NCBI GenBank assembly: GCA_963850045.1
Contig: CAWKJL010000003.1
Coordinates: 368,819 to 432,818 of the forward strand
DNA: 64,000 nt
Direction of reading: 5' to 3'
Source: an uncultured Chloroflexia bacterium
GTDB lineage: Bacteria; Chloroflexota; Limnocylindria; Limnocylindrales; CSP1-4
Positions 23,815 through 37,612 of the stretch are shown here, piece after piece. The stretch's first letter is position 1. Every line of letters starts with the position of its first letter. Both the position numbers and the translations under genes were made by a program. The notes under the pieces were generated by a model, which was not told the DNA's origin, did no database searches, and worked only from the letters and a program-made list of their open reading frames with translations.

Positions 23815-24422
23815 CCGTCCGCATCGGGATCACCGGGCCGATCGGCTGCGGCAAGTCGACCGTCGCCGGCTGGCTCGGCGAGCGGCCGGGTGTGGTCGTC
23901 ATCGACGCGGACGTCGTCGTGCGCGGCATCGTCGAGCCGGGTATGCCGACGCTCGACGCCATCGTCGAGCGATTCGGTCCGGAGGCGCTGGCCGACGATG
24001 GGACGCTCGACCGTGCGAGGCTCGGTCGGATCGTCTTTGGTGATGCCACGGCGTTGGCCGACCTCGAGGCGATCACCGGACCGCCGGCACGGGCGCGGAT
24101 CATGCGGGCGATCGAGGCGGCGGAGTCGGAAGGCGCCACCGCCGTGGTCATCGAAGCCATCCGATTGCTCGATGGCGGGCTGGCGGCCGTCTGCGACGAG
24201 GTCTGGCTCGTGACCTGCGATCCGGACACCCAGCTCGAGCGCGTCGTGCAGCGGGGGAGCGACGCCGCCGACGCCGAGCGCCGGATCGCGGCCCAGGGCG
24301 ATCTCACCGCCCGCCTCCGCCCGGCCGCGACCCGCATCATCGACACGAGCGGACCGCAGGATGCCGTGCGCCAGACGGCTGAGCGGCTCCTCTCCGAGGT
24401 CCTCGGGTCGCAGGCTACCTGA
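23811..24422 (+). CDS. coaE: dephospho-CoA kinase
   Basis: P-loop GITGPIGCGKST. GTG start overlaps the ABC-F stop (GTGA). Confidence 0.8.
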
Positions 24423-24434
24423 GCCGCCCGGCGC

Positions 24435-25271
24435 CTACGGGGCGACGAACCGGAGCGACTGCACGATCTTCCCCTCCTCATCGCGGTCGGCTTGAGTCGT
24501 ATCTGGCGAGTACGTGGCATCGACGAGCAGCCGCTGCCCGTGCACGTCGAGGACCCACAGCCGGTCGACCTGGCCGGGCACCTGCTCCCAGCGGTCGCCG
24601 TCGCCATTGCCGAGGAAGCTCATGAAGTTGTGGTGGCCGTCCGATGGCTCGACATCGCAGGCGTCGAAATCGGTCCAGGTGCTCGACTTCATGTCAGCCG
24701 GGACCGACCATTCGAGGTACCGGCCCTTGTACCCCGCGAGGGTCACGTCAGTGGGCTTGGTGGCGTTGCGCATCGGCTGGGCGACCAGCGCCCTGACGAG
24801 ATTCGCGACGCCCGGGCCCGGATCCGCCGCCTGGCCCGTCCAGTGGCATGGGTCGCGGAACACCTTTCCCACGTCCCAGACGCTGACGCCAAGGACAGGC
24901 GCCGGGACGTCGATGGTCGGGTACTTGATGACGAAGTGGCCTCCGCGATCGAACCAGCCACCCGGCACGACGACCGTGTAGCCGGGATACGTCCCAGTCC
25001 CCATGACGTGTGCCGCGTGCGTCCCGGCATCGAGTGGCGTGATGCCGGCCTCGAGGGCCGGAGCGGTCGCGGATGCGGCAACGAGCGTCGGCGCCGCGGT
25101 GGGGGTCGGCGCCAAGCTGGGGGTCGAGGCCAGGGTGGGCGATGGGATCACCGCCGTGGCCGGCGTCGCCGACGGCTGCCCGGCCCCTCCCGAGCATGCC
25201 GCCAGAACGAGCACCATGCTGATCGCCGCGAGCCACCGGGTGGTCGTCCGATCCCGTCCGCCCATCGTCAT
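24435..25271 (-). CDS. secreted lipoprotein, hypothetical
   Basis: Signal peptide with lipobox VLAAC, a Pro/Thr/Ala linker, then a globular domain. ATG at 25271. Confidence 0.5.
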   Translation of the reverse strand: MTMGGRDRTTTRWLAAISMVLVLAACSGGAGQPSATPATAVIPSPTLASTPSLAPTPTAAPTLVAASATAPALEAGITPLDAGTHAAHVMGTGTYPGYTVVVPGGWFDRGGHFVIKYPTIDVPAPVLGVSVWDVGKVFRDPCHWTGQAADPGPGVANLVRALVAQPMRNATKPTDVTLAGYKGRYLEWSVPADMKSSTWTDFDACDVEPSDGHHNFMSFLGNGDGDRWEQVPGQVDRLWVLDVHGQRLLVDATYSPDTTQADRDEEGKIVQSLRFVAP

Positions 25272-25387
25272 CCGTCGATCTCCGATCCGCTGTCGATCCC
25301 CGAAGACCACGGGATGCGGCCTCACCCGTCCAGATGCCGCTCAGCGACTCCGCGTTTGGTCGCAGCGGCACGCGCGGCCTGACATCG

Positions 25388-27183
25388 TCACGGGAACACC
25401 GGCTGCCACGAGACGTCACCACGACCCGGCCACGACCGCGCGCCATTCGTCCGGACGACGGCGACGACCGTCGTCATGGCGAAGGGGCGGTCCACCGCGA
25501 AGGCATGCATCGTGAAGTCGTGGCCACTCACGTCCTCCATGAGGAGGATCTGCCGGCCGTCGGGCGACCATGTCGCGATGGCATACGGACAGAACCCCAG
25601 CGGGATGACCTCGGTCTTCGCGCCATCGGGCGTCGCGACGACGATGTGGCACTGGCCGCCGGCCTCCTCGGTCCGGACGGTCAGATCGCCGGACGGCGAG
25701 AGCAGCGGGCCATCGAAATGGTGATCGAGAGCGAAGTCGTCGACGCTGGGATCGCCGGCGGCGCTGGTCGGCGTCGAACCGTCGACGCCGCGAACGACCA
25801 CGGTGCTGCCGTCGAGATAGGCGACCCGCGCGCCGTCCGATGACCAGAGTGGACACACGGCCGATCCAGACCCAGGAGCGGCGATGCGCACGGCGTCGCC
25901 GGTGACGCCGCCACCGTCGACCTTGCGAACCACGATCCGCGACCTTGAGCAGATCCCTCGCCGTAGGCGAGCCTCGTCCCGTCGGGGGAGAAGACCGGAC
26001 ACGTATTCCGCGTCGAACCGCTCTCACGTCCCGCGACGAGGATGGGCTTGCTGCCCTGGCGGACGAGATAGACATCGCTCCCGGTCGAATTGTCCGTTGC
26101 GCCAGGGTCAGGGCCATCGGTTGAGTAGGCGATCCAGCCGTCGTGCGCGTCGGAGGGCACCCTCGACGGCATCGGACCTCCGCTGGACACGGTGGGCGGC
26201 GTCTGAGGGGCAGGTGACGCCGGACACGTCGCCGCGTCAAGCCGGCACTGGTAATCCTCGACGGACATCGTCGCGATGCCGGCCGGCGGCGTGATCGTAA
26301 AGAGGCCCGGGGGCTGCTCGCCGAACGCGAGCCCAGTCACTTCGATCGTCCGGACGGACCCGGGGATCGGCTGGAAGTCCTTGTCGTGGCTCGGGCCCTG
26401 GCTACGCAGGATGAGCCGTGTCTCGGCGTCGATCCAGAGCTCTCCGCCGGCGCAGCCCACGTGGTATGCGGGTCGGCCCAGCACCGACTCCGGCCCGAGG
26501 TATTTCCATCCCTCCGCCGCGGTCCCGTTGCCGATCTCGCCCTGGTTCCGGGTCATCTCGCACCCGGGCTGGGCGGTCGCGCCGCCGCCCTCCGTCTCCG
26601 CGAGAAGGAACACCCTAGGGTCCTCGGAGATGGCTCCGTCCTGCTGCACCCACTCCTTGGTGGATCCGATGATCGCCACCTGCCCCTCCGTCGTCCCACT
26701 AAGGATCCGGTACGTGTCGGGTTCGGTCGCGTCGGGGGACGCGAAATGCTCGATGCGGACGGCACCTGATCGATCGACGAGGATCCGGCCCTTCACGGAG
26801 CCGTTCTCGAGGGTCGTGATGGCGACCGGCGGCATCTGCGGCATTCGGTCGTAGGTCGAGAGGACCAACGCCTGGACGTCGGCCGGTGGCGCGAGGTCCA
26901 GCTTCGGGACGGCATCTCGGTGGAGGAGTTGCCAAGCACCCACGGCGGCACCGCCCGCGATCGCCGCTGCGAGCAACAGGGCGGCGGCGATGAGCACGCT
27001 CCGTCGGCGTCCGACCGGGTCGGCGTCCACGAGCGCGCCGAGGAATGACGGCAGCGATCGCTCCTGCGGCGTGGTCTGGACCGCGTCGGCGACCCGTGCC
27101 CGCAGGCCCGCCTGGGCATGCGCCGGGAGGTGAGTGCGAAGCGCCGCGGCGATCTGCGCGTCGGTCGGGTATCGATCGCTCAT
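25388..27183 (-). CDS. anti-sigma factor with a C-terminal PD40/TolB-like beta-propeller, with a frame change near 25990
   Basis: Transmembrane segment SVLIAAALLLAAAIAGGAAVGAW. PD40-like FSPDG and WSPDG motifs in ORFs 25681..27183 and 25388..26002. Start overlaps the sigma gene stop (ATGA). Confidence 0.55.
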
Positions 27184-27812
27184 GCCTCAGCCTCCATCGC
27201 TCGCTCGAGCGCGCGGCGAGCCGCGTGGAGCCGCCATTTCGCCGTCCCCGTCGGCACGCCGAGGGTCCGCGCGATCTCGGCGACCGGCCGTTCGTCGACG
27301 TGGTGGAGGGTCAGGATCGCCCGCTCGTGGGGTCGCAACCGGTCGAAGGCCCGGGCGATGGCGTCCCGCTCGCCGACGGCGTCGATCTCCGCGGTCGCGG
27401 ACCGAACGCGGACCGGCCCGCCGACGGCTCGTGGGTCACGCCGGGACTCTCGTCAGGCGACGACGGTTCGACCGCGACCTCGCGCAGCCGGACCCGATGT
27501 CGCCGGGCCATCCTGGCCGCGTTCGCGACGATCCGGTTGAGCCAGCCGTCGAACGCGGACGGGTCGCGCAGCCTGGGCAGTCTGTCGCCACGCCGCCAGG
27601 AACGCGTCCTGGGTCGCATCGGCCGCGTCTGCGTCGTTGAGCAGGATCGACCAGGCGAGGCGGTAGCAGCGGTCGATCCGCGTCGAGACGAGGACGTCAA
27701 AGGCGGCGGCGTCACCGAGGCGTGCACGGCGCACAAGGGCGTCGTCCGACGACGTCTCCGCGAGCTGTGCCGTCGCCAGGGTCTCCACGAACACCTCTCT
27801 TGAGCCCGCCAT
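27180..27812 (-). CDS. ECF sigma factor, with two or more frame changes
   Basis: Region 2 DAFLAAWR...PSAFDGWLNRIVANAA. Region 4, from my own translation of the reverse complement of 27181-27420: ERPVAEIARTLGVPTGTAKWRLHAARRALERAMEAEA. Confidence 0.6.
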
Positions 27813-27875
27813 CTTCTCACCCGTCCAGATGCCGCCCGGGCGTCACCGGTTGGGTCAAGGCGATCTCGTGGCATA

Positions 27876-27891
27876 GCGAACACTTGTTCGC
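27876..27891. promoter_or_regulatory. Cheo-type LexA box, GCGAACACTTGTTCGC
   Basis: Perfect CGAAC-N4-GTTCG palindrome 31 nt upstream of the uvrB ATG, in the intergenic region shared with the divergent ECF sigma gene. Confidence 0.5.
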
Positions 27892-27921
27892 ATCACGCGA
27901 ACGGCGTATCCTGACCACCCC

Positions 27922-30279
27922 ATGCCCGACTTCAAGTTCGTCGCCCCGTTCGAGCCCACGGGTGACCAGCCGGCGGCCATCGAGCGGCTGACGGACGGCC
28001 TCGCCAAGGGCGTCCGGCACCAGACGCTGCTGGGTGCCACCGGGACGGGCAAGACCGCCACCCTGGCCTGGACCATCGCCGAGCACAACAAGCCGACGCT
28101 GGTCCTCGCCCACAACAAGACGCTCGCCGCGCAGCTCTACGCGGAGTTCCGCGAGTTCTTCCCGGAGAACGCGGTCGAGTACTTCGTCAGCTACTTCGAC
28201 TACTACCAGCCGGAGGCCTACCTCCCGCGCTCCGACACCTACATCGAAAAGGACTCGTCGCGGAACGACGAGATCGACCGGCTCCGCCACGCCGCGACCC
28301 ACGCCCTGTTCGAGCGGCGGGACGTGATCATCGTGGCGAGCGTCAGCTGCATCTACGGCCTCGGCGCCCCGGTCGACTACGGCGCGACCGTCCTCAAGCT
28401 CCGGGTCGGCGGCCAGTACCGGCGCGACGCGGTCCTCCGCCACCTCGTCGACCTCCAGTACCAGCGCAACGACCAGGCGCTGACCCGCGCCCGGTTCCGG
28501 GTCCGCGGCGACACCCTGGAGCTCCAGCCGGCCTCGGAGGAGACGCTGATCCGCGTCGAGTTCTTCGGCGACGTCGTCGAGCGGATCACGGAGCTGGACC
28601 CGCTGACCGGCGAGCTCCTCGCCGAGCGCAAGGAGACCAACGTCTACCCGGCCACCCACTACGTGACGCCGCAGGACAAGCTCAAGGAAGCGATCGTCGA
28701 CATCGAGGCCGAGATGGAGGTCCGGGTCGGCGAGCTCGAGGCCGAGGGCCGGGCGCTCGAGGGCGCGCGGCTCCGCCAGCGGACCACGTTCGACCTCGAG
28801 ATGATGCGCGAGCTGGGCTACTGCACCGGCATCGAGAACTACTCGCGCCACCTGTCGCGCCGCGAGGCGGGCTCGCGGCCGTGGACGCTGCTCGACTACT
28901 TCCCGCCGGACTGGCTCCTGGTCGTCGACGAGTCGCACATGACGGTCCCGCAGGTCGTCGGCATGTACAAGAACGACCGGACGCGCAAGGAGATCCTCGT
29001 CGACTTCGGCTTCCGGCTGCCGTCGGCGCTCGACAACCGGCCGCTGACGTTCGAGGAGTTCGAGGCGACCGTCCATCAGGCCGTCTACATGAGCGCGACC
29101 CCCGGGCCGTACGAGCTGGAGCGCAGCGAGCGGGTCGTCCAGCAGCTCATCCGGCCGACCGGCGTCGTCGACCCGGGCATCACGATCCGCCCGACCGAGG
29201 GCCAGATCGACGACCTCCTCGAGGAGATCCGGGTCCGCGCCGAGCGGGGCGAGCGGGCGCTGATCACGACCCTGACCAAGAAGATGGCCGAGGACCTGAC
29301 CGACTACCTCAAGGAGCTCGGGATCAAGGTCCAGTACCTCCACAGCGAGGTCGACACGCTCGAGCGGGTCGCGATCCTGCGCGACCTCCGCCTCGGCGTC
29401 TTCGACGTCCTCGTCGGGATCAACCTGCTCCGGGAGGGCATCGACCTGCCCGAGGTGACGCTCGTCGCCATCCTCGACGCCGACAAGGAGGGGTTCCTGC
29501 GCTCGGCCTGGTCGCTGATCCAGATGATCGGCCGGGCGGCCCGGAACATCGGCGGCGAGGTGATCATGTACGCCGACCGGATCACCGAATCGATGCAGGT
29601 CGCCATCGACGAGACGGACCGTCGCCGCGTGATCCAGACGGCCTACAACCTCGAGCACGGCATCGAGCCCACGACGATCGTCAAGGGCATCCACGACCTC
29701 AACCAGCGGCTGCGCGTCGTGGCCGAGTCGACGCAGGTCTACACGTCCGAGAAGGGCGGCGAGCTGACCGAGTCGGACCGCCGCAAGGTCGAGGCGCTCG
29801 TCGCGCGGATGGAGGCCGAGATGAAGGCCGCGGCCAAGCAGCTCGAGTTCGAGCGCGCCGCGGCGCTCCGCGACGAGGTCCAGCAGATCCGCCTCCGCGT
29901 CCTCGAGCAGGACGCGTCGATCGTGGTCGGGCGGGCGGCGGAACGGGCGGCTCGCGAGGACCACAGCCTGACGGGAGCGGCAGACCGGGCGCGCGGCCGG
30001 CGCGCGGCGGGGGAGGCCGCGCTGGCCCCGGTGATGGAGGTGACCAGCATCACGGTCCTGCCGGCCGACGAGGAGCCGGCGGAGAACCTCGACGGCGTTC
30101 CGGGCGAGCCCGGCATCGACGAGAACACGATCGCCGACTGGCTGCCCGGGATCCGCGACGAGCACGACGACGATCCGGGCACGCGCGGCCGCTGGCAGGA
30201 CCGCCCGACCTGGGACCGCAGCGTCACGCCCAACGTCCGCAAGCGGACGGGCCAGCGACCGGGCCGCCGCCGCTTCTAG
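27922..30279 (+). CDS. uvrB: excinuclease ABC subunit B, with a C-terminal extension of about 120 aa
   Basis: Intact 785-aa ORF. Helicase motifs [12 protein letters not shown] and [12 protein letters not shown] motif [12 protein letters not shown]. Confidence 0.9.
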   Translation: MPDFKFVAPFEPTGDQPAAIERLTDGLAKGVRHQTLLGATGTGKTATLAWTIAEHNKPTLVLAHNKTLAAQLYAEFREFFPENAVEYFVSYFDYYQPEAYLPRSDTYIEKDSSRNDEIDRLRHAATHALFERRDVIIVASVSCIYGLGAPVDYGATVLKLRVGGQYRRDAVLRHLVDLQYQRNDQALTRARFRVRGDTLELQPASEETLIRVEFFGDVVERITELDPLTGELLAERKETNVYPATHYVTPQDKLKEAIVDIEAEMEVRVGELEAEGRALEGARLRQRTTFDLEMMRELGYCTGIENYSRHLSRREAGSRPWTLLDYFPPDWLLVVDESHMTVPQVVGMYKNDRTRKEILVDFGFRLPSALDNRPLTFEEFEATVHQAVYMSATPGPYELERSERVVQQLIRPTGVVDPGITIRPTEGQIDDLLEEIRVRAERGERALITTLTKKMAEDLTDYLKELGIKVQYLHSEVDTLERVAILRDLRLGVFDVLVGINLLREGIDLPEVTLVAILDADKEGFLRSAWSLIQMIGRAARNIGGEVIMYADRITESMQVAIDETDRRRVIQTAYNLEHGIEPTTIVKGIHDLNQRLRVVAESTQVYTSEKGGELTESDRRKVEALVARMEAEMKAAAKQLEFERAAALRDEVQQIRLRVLEQDASIVVGRAAERAAREDHSLTGAADRARGRRAAGEAALAPVMEVTSITVLPADEEPAENLDGVPGEPGIDENTIADWLPGIRDEHDDDPGTRGRWQDRPTWDRSVTPNVRKRTGQRPGRRRF

Positions 30280-30382
30280 CCGGCGCCCGTGCCGTCACGG
30301 GACCCGATGAAGTGGTGCGTCGGCGCGCCACGAAGCGGTGTGGACCGCTGCAGGGACGTGGGGTCTGGGCTAGATTCGACCA

Positions 30383-30784
30383 GTGATGGGTGGAGTGGTG
30401 ACGGCGCTGGCCTCCGGATCGATCGACCTCGTCGCGCTTGTCGCCACCATGGTCTCGCGAGCCGCCTCCATCGGCTTCCTCCGACTCGCGACCCTGGCCC
30501 TCGCCCAGGCGATCGACCTCGCGACGTTCAGCGTCATGGTCGCCCGCCATGGCGCCGCCGCTGAAGCCAACCCCGTCGTCAACGACCTGTTCACGACGCT
30601 CGGCTTGCCGGCCGTGGTGATCGCCAAGGTCGCCCTCGTCCTGCTGATCGGGGCGCTCTGCATCGCCGCCGGCGCGCGCGGCCGTCGTGGCGTCTGGGCG
30701 ATGGTCGGCGGTCTGCCGCTCGCGCTCGCGATCGCGGCCGGCCTCATCGGCGGCATCACCAACACGGCGGTCCTGCTGGGCTGA
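30383..30784 (+). CDS. small polytopic membrane protein, hypothetical
   Basis: 133 aa with four predicted hydrophobic helices. Confidence 0.4.
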   Translation: MMGGVVTALASGSIDLVALVATMVSRAASIGFLRLATLALAQAIDLATFSVMVARHGAAAEANPVVNDLFTTLGLPAVVIAKVALVLLIGALCIAAGARGRRGVWAMVGGLPLALAIAAGLIGGITNTAVLLG

Positions 30785-30829
30785 CCGCGCGCTCGCTCGG
30801 CTGGCGCGGCCGGTCCGGCTCGCGCGCGT

Positions 30830-31051
30830 TCAGTACGCGGGCGGCGGGACCTCGAGGCTCGGGTTGGGCTTGCCGGCGCCATTCGACGGTCCAGCGATCG
30901 GGTTCGCCGGCGAGGCGCCAGCCGGCTCCGATGTCGGTCCGGCAGGCGCCGGTCCGGTCGGTTCGGGTGTCGCGCCGGTCGCCGGACCCATGCAGCCGGC
31001 CAGCAGACCCGCCAGGAGCAGCGTCGCGCCGACGACCTTGATGGGTCGCAT
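30830..31051 (-). CDS. small Pro/Ala-rich lipoprotein, hypothetical
   Basis: Signal peptide with lipobox LLAGC followed by a low-complexity tail. Coding status is uncertain. Confidence 0.35.
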   Translation of the reverse strand: MRPIKVVGATLLLAGLLAGCMGPATGATPEPTGPAPAGPTSEPAGASPANPIAGPSNGAGKPNPSLEVPPPAY

Positions 31052-31073
31052 GGTCCCAGCCTACTCCCATGAA

Positions 31074-31103
31074 GAAAGCCCGCCGGTCACCCGGCGGGCT
31101 TTC
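31074..31103. terminator. intrinsic terminator hairpin GAAAGCCCGCCGG-TCAC-CCGGCGGGCTTTC
   Basis: 13-bp perfect stem. On the minus strand it is followed by TTCTTCAT, 35 nt after the protease stop. Confidence 0.5.
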
Positions 31104-31137
31104 TCGTTACAGGCAGGTGGCGAAGCCACCGGCGCCG

Positions 31138-33449
31138 TTACTTGAACTTCACGTCGACGGTCATCCACGGGCCCCGCTGGGCGAGGACGCGAATGGTCGT
31201 GCCGGTGTTGGGCACCCGCACGCTGGACCAACCGAGGTTCCCGGTCAGCGGTGTCCGGCGGGGCCCAGTAGCTCTTCGAGTCGTCGAAGATCGGATTGGC
31301 GGGGAGGCCGCCGTACGTCTTGCCGACGCTGTTGAGGTGCAGACGGATGCGATCCGTCCGCTGGAGCCCGAACGTCGAGTCGTACGACTGGATACGCGGG
31401 CGCCAGACCTTGCCATCCGGGCGGATGAGCAGGTTCGGGTGGGCGTCCACCGGCAGGAAGAACCCGCCGCAGTTGCCGGCCAGACAGTAGTCGCCGACGT
31501 TGTTGTCCGGGTACGAGTAGTCGAGGTACCAGACGAGGAGCCCGTTCTGGTACGGGAAGTGCTCGACCCAGTTCCCGAGGGCCGGGTTGTCGAGGAAGCC
31601 GAAGTTGTACGGGCCGGTCTTCAGGGACTTGTCATAGCCCCAGTAGACGCGGTTCTCGGCGATGTAGTAGTTCTCGTACGACTGCGTGATCGTCTGGGTG
31701 ACGTTCGTGAAGCCGTCGAAGGACCACGCCGGATCGCCGCTCTCGCCACCGCCGGCATTCACGCCGTTGATGGTCATGTCGTCGATCAGCGCGCCCTTGG
31801 GAGCGACGCCGCCGTCGGTGATGTACTCCCAGGCGAGGGTGACCGTCTGACCGGCGTAGGCGCTGAGGTCCGCGGTGACCGGGACGTAGACGCCGCTGCT
31901 GGTGTCGGTGATGCCCTCGTTGAACGACGGGTCCGACAGGTTGGTGTGGACCGGGGTGCCGTTCACCGTGAGGTACAGGTAGTCGTATCCGGTCTCGATG
32001 TCGTAGTTGAGGTAGGCCGCGAAGTTCACCGGCCCGCTGGGCAGCGTGACCGAGCGCGTCATCGAGTTGTCGAGATCGTTGCCCGACCCCGAGTAGTACT
32101 GGTGCGTTCCGCCGTGGGGCGCCCCGACGTCCGTGGTCACCTCCTTCGGCGGCAGCGGGATCACCAGCTGCTGAGTCTTGGTGGTGTTGTACTCGGCCGG
32201 GCCGAGGTGGACGCGGGTGTTGGGCGCCTGGTAGTTGACGACCTCGTAGTTGGACCACCCGAGGAAGAGCTTCTCGTAGGCGCTCATGTGGACCGGCTCG
32301 GTGCCGATCCCGTCCTTGGGCTTGCCGCTCGAGCCGTACGAGCCGCTCGAGTACAGCGTCCAGAACCCGGTCGAGTTCTCGGCACCGCCGGTGTTGCCGC
32401 TGGTGTCGTACAGGTCGGGCAGGCCGAGGTCGTGGCCGAACTCGTGCGAGAAGACACCGACGCCGCCGTTCTCGGGCTCGATGGTGTAGTCGCCGATCCA
32501 GCAGTCCGAGTTGCCGATCTGGATGCCGCCGAAGCTTGTTGCCCGACGGACCGGCCGACCCGATGAGGTTGTAGAAGGCGTACCAGCGGTGGCTCCAGAT
32601 GGCGTCCGCGCCCTGGGCGCCGCCCCCGGTCTCCTCGCCGGCACCGGCGTGGATGGCCTGGAAGTGGTCGATGTAGCCGTCCGGCTCGTTGAAGTTGCCG
32701 TCGCCGTCGTAGTCGTAGCGGTCCCACTTGTCGAACTGCGCCAGGTAGGCGTTGATCTCCGCCGTGGTCTTGCCGGCCGCGACCTGCTGGCGTACCAGGC
32801 GTTGACCTCGTCCTGGACGAAGTTCCAGACGCGTCGGGCAGACGATGTCGCCGCAGGCGTCGTGCCGTAGCGGGCCTCGTTGTAGGGGACGGTGCACCCA
32901 GTCCTCGACGGTGCCGTTGACCGTGTAGCGACCCGACGACTGCTCGAGATAGAAGTTCGCGCATCGAGATCGCGTTCTTCTTGCCGAGAACAGCAGGTCC
33001 TCGTAATACGCCTGGCTGAAGTCGGAGTCCAGATCGTGGTGTTGTCGACCTGTCCGGTCCGGCTCCGGGATCTCGTTGTGGACCGGACCCGCCGTCCCCC
33101 CGTAGTCCGGGTGGACCTTGGTGCCGAACTCGCCGAGCACGGTCCAGATCGTGTCCTCGCCCTGGCGGTCGAGTTCGACGAACTTGCCGCGGCGGACCTG
33201 CACGACGCCGTTGCGGCCGTGCTTGTCGAGGTGGCCGGACAGGTAGCCCTGCAGCCCCTGGGCGCGGAGCGCAGCCTGCTCGGAGCCGAGCGGATGGGGC
33301 ATGTCGTCGACGGGCATCGCATCCGGCGTGGCCGGCGGGGCCTTGGGCTTGGCCGCGAAGGCGGTCCCCGCGGTGAGCGAGAGCAGCATGGTCAGGGTCG
33401 TCACGACGACCAGGAATCTTCTCAAGACCGATCCCTCCTCAATGGGCAT
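31138..33449 (-). pseudogene. M6-family (immune inhibitor A-like) secreted zinc metalloprotease, with at least four frame changes
   Basis: Signal peptide. Zinc motif HEFGHDLGLPDLYD. Pieces lie in ORFs 31632..33449, 31061..33322 and 31138..31416. The C-terminus ...TIRVLAQRGPWMTVDVKFK sits just before the terminator. Confidence 0.55.
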
Positions 33450-33683
33450 GTCGAGGTGGTCGGCGCGGGCGTGAGACGGCCAGAAACACCTCCTTCGACT
33501 GGCTCACGGAGCGTGTTCACATGGGCGCGCGAGAGCACCCTCCCGGTGCCCCGCGCTGGGGCGACAACCATAGCCTCGCGGCTGGATGCGCCGCAACTCC
33601 GGATCCAACGCGGCGTCGCCGGACGGTGCCGGAACGCACCGGACTTCCGGCCCTGACCCGTCCGGCGACGGCGCGACCGGTGC

Positions 33684-33699
33684 GAGAACGCCTGTTCGA
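33684..33699. promoter_or_regulatory. LexA-box-like GAGAACGCCTGTTCGA
   Basis: Core GAAC-N4-GTTC is perfect. Immediately upstream of the uvrA start region. Confidence 0.35.
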
Positions 33700-33700
33700 T

Positions 33701-36793
<3,093 letters not shown>

Positions 36794-36821
36794 GCCGCCG
36801 GCAGCCGGGTACCATCCGGGC

Positions 36822-37272
36822 CATGCCGGAGATCGATTTCGCGTTCCTCGCTGACGCCGCCGAGACGATCCCCGGCCAGAAGTTCCACGTGCTCGGCGGC
36901 GGCGTCGCCCGGATCGGCGGCCGCCGCTTCCCGTTGCGCCACCCGCACCTGGCCCTCGTGATCGGCCTGCAGGTGACGGCGCCCGAGACCGAGCGCGAGC
37001 ACGAGATCCGGTTCGTCCTCCTCGACCCCGACGGCGCCGAGGTGGCCGGCGCCACTGGGAGCGTCGTCGCCCGGAGCCAGCGCGACGGCCGCGACGCCAT
37101 CCTCACGTTCTCGATCGACCTGTGGAACCTGACGTTCCCCGCACCCGGCGACTACTCGTTCCGGATCCTCGTCAACGGGTCCGAGCGCAAGCGCCTGCCG
37201 CTCGTGCTGCTCAAGCCCAGCGACGGCAACGGGGAGTCGGGCACGGCGGGCGCTCGCTCGCCGGATGCCTGA
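36822..37272 (+). CDS. hypothetical protein, 150 aa
   Basis: ATG with SD-like GGGTAC/GGCC upstream. Ends 8 nt into the next ORF. Confidence 0.45.
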
Positions 37273-37612
37273 ACCCGGGGTCGCCTGGACCCTGCCCTCG
37301 CCCGGCCGTCACGAGCGCCCCGTCATCGACGCCGCCGGTCTCGAGGCGGCACGCCATGGCGACCGGCTGCTGGCCGCGGCACGCGAGTTGGGGCTCACCC
37401 GCTGGGAGACGTACCTCGAGCCGCTGCCCGAGCGGCTGCGCGACGACGAGATCGCCCCGCTGCGGCGGACGGCGATGCGGGCGCGCGCCGCCTACGGCCC
37501 GAAGGACTCCGTGCGCGACGCCCTCCCCGAGTCGTTGACCGAGCCGTTCCTCGTCGCGATCGACCGGCTGATCCGCGAGCTCAACCGGGAGGCGCACCGG
37601 GCCCGGAGCTGA
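37265..37612 (+). CDS. hypothetical protein, 115 aa, helical and Arg-rich
   Basis: Overlaps the upstream gene as ATGCCTGA. Both proteins begin MPE. Confidence 0.4.
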   Translation: MPEPGVAWTLPSPGRHERPVIDAAGLEAARHGDRLLAAARELGLTRWETYLEPLPERLRDDEIAPLRRTAMRARAAYGPKDSVRDALPESLTEPFLVAIDRLIRELNREAHRARS

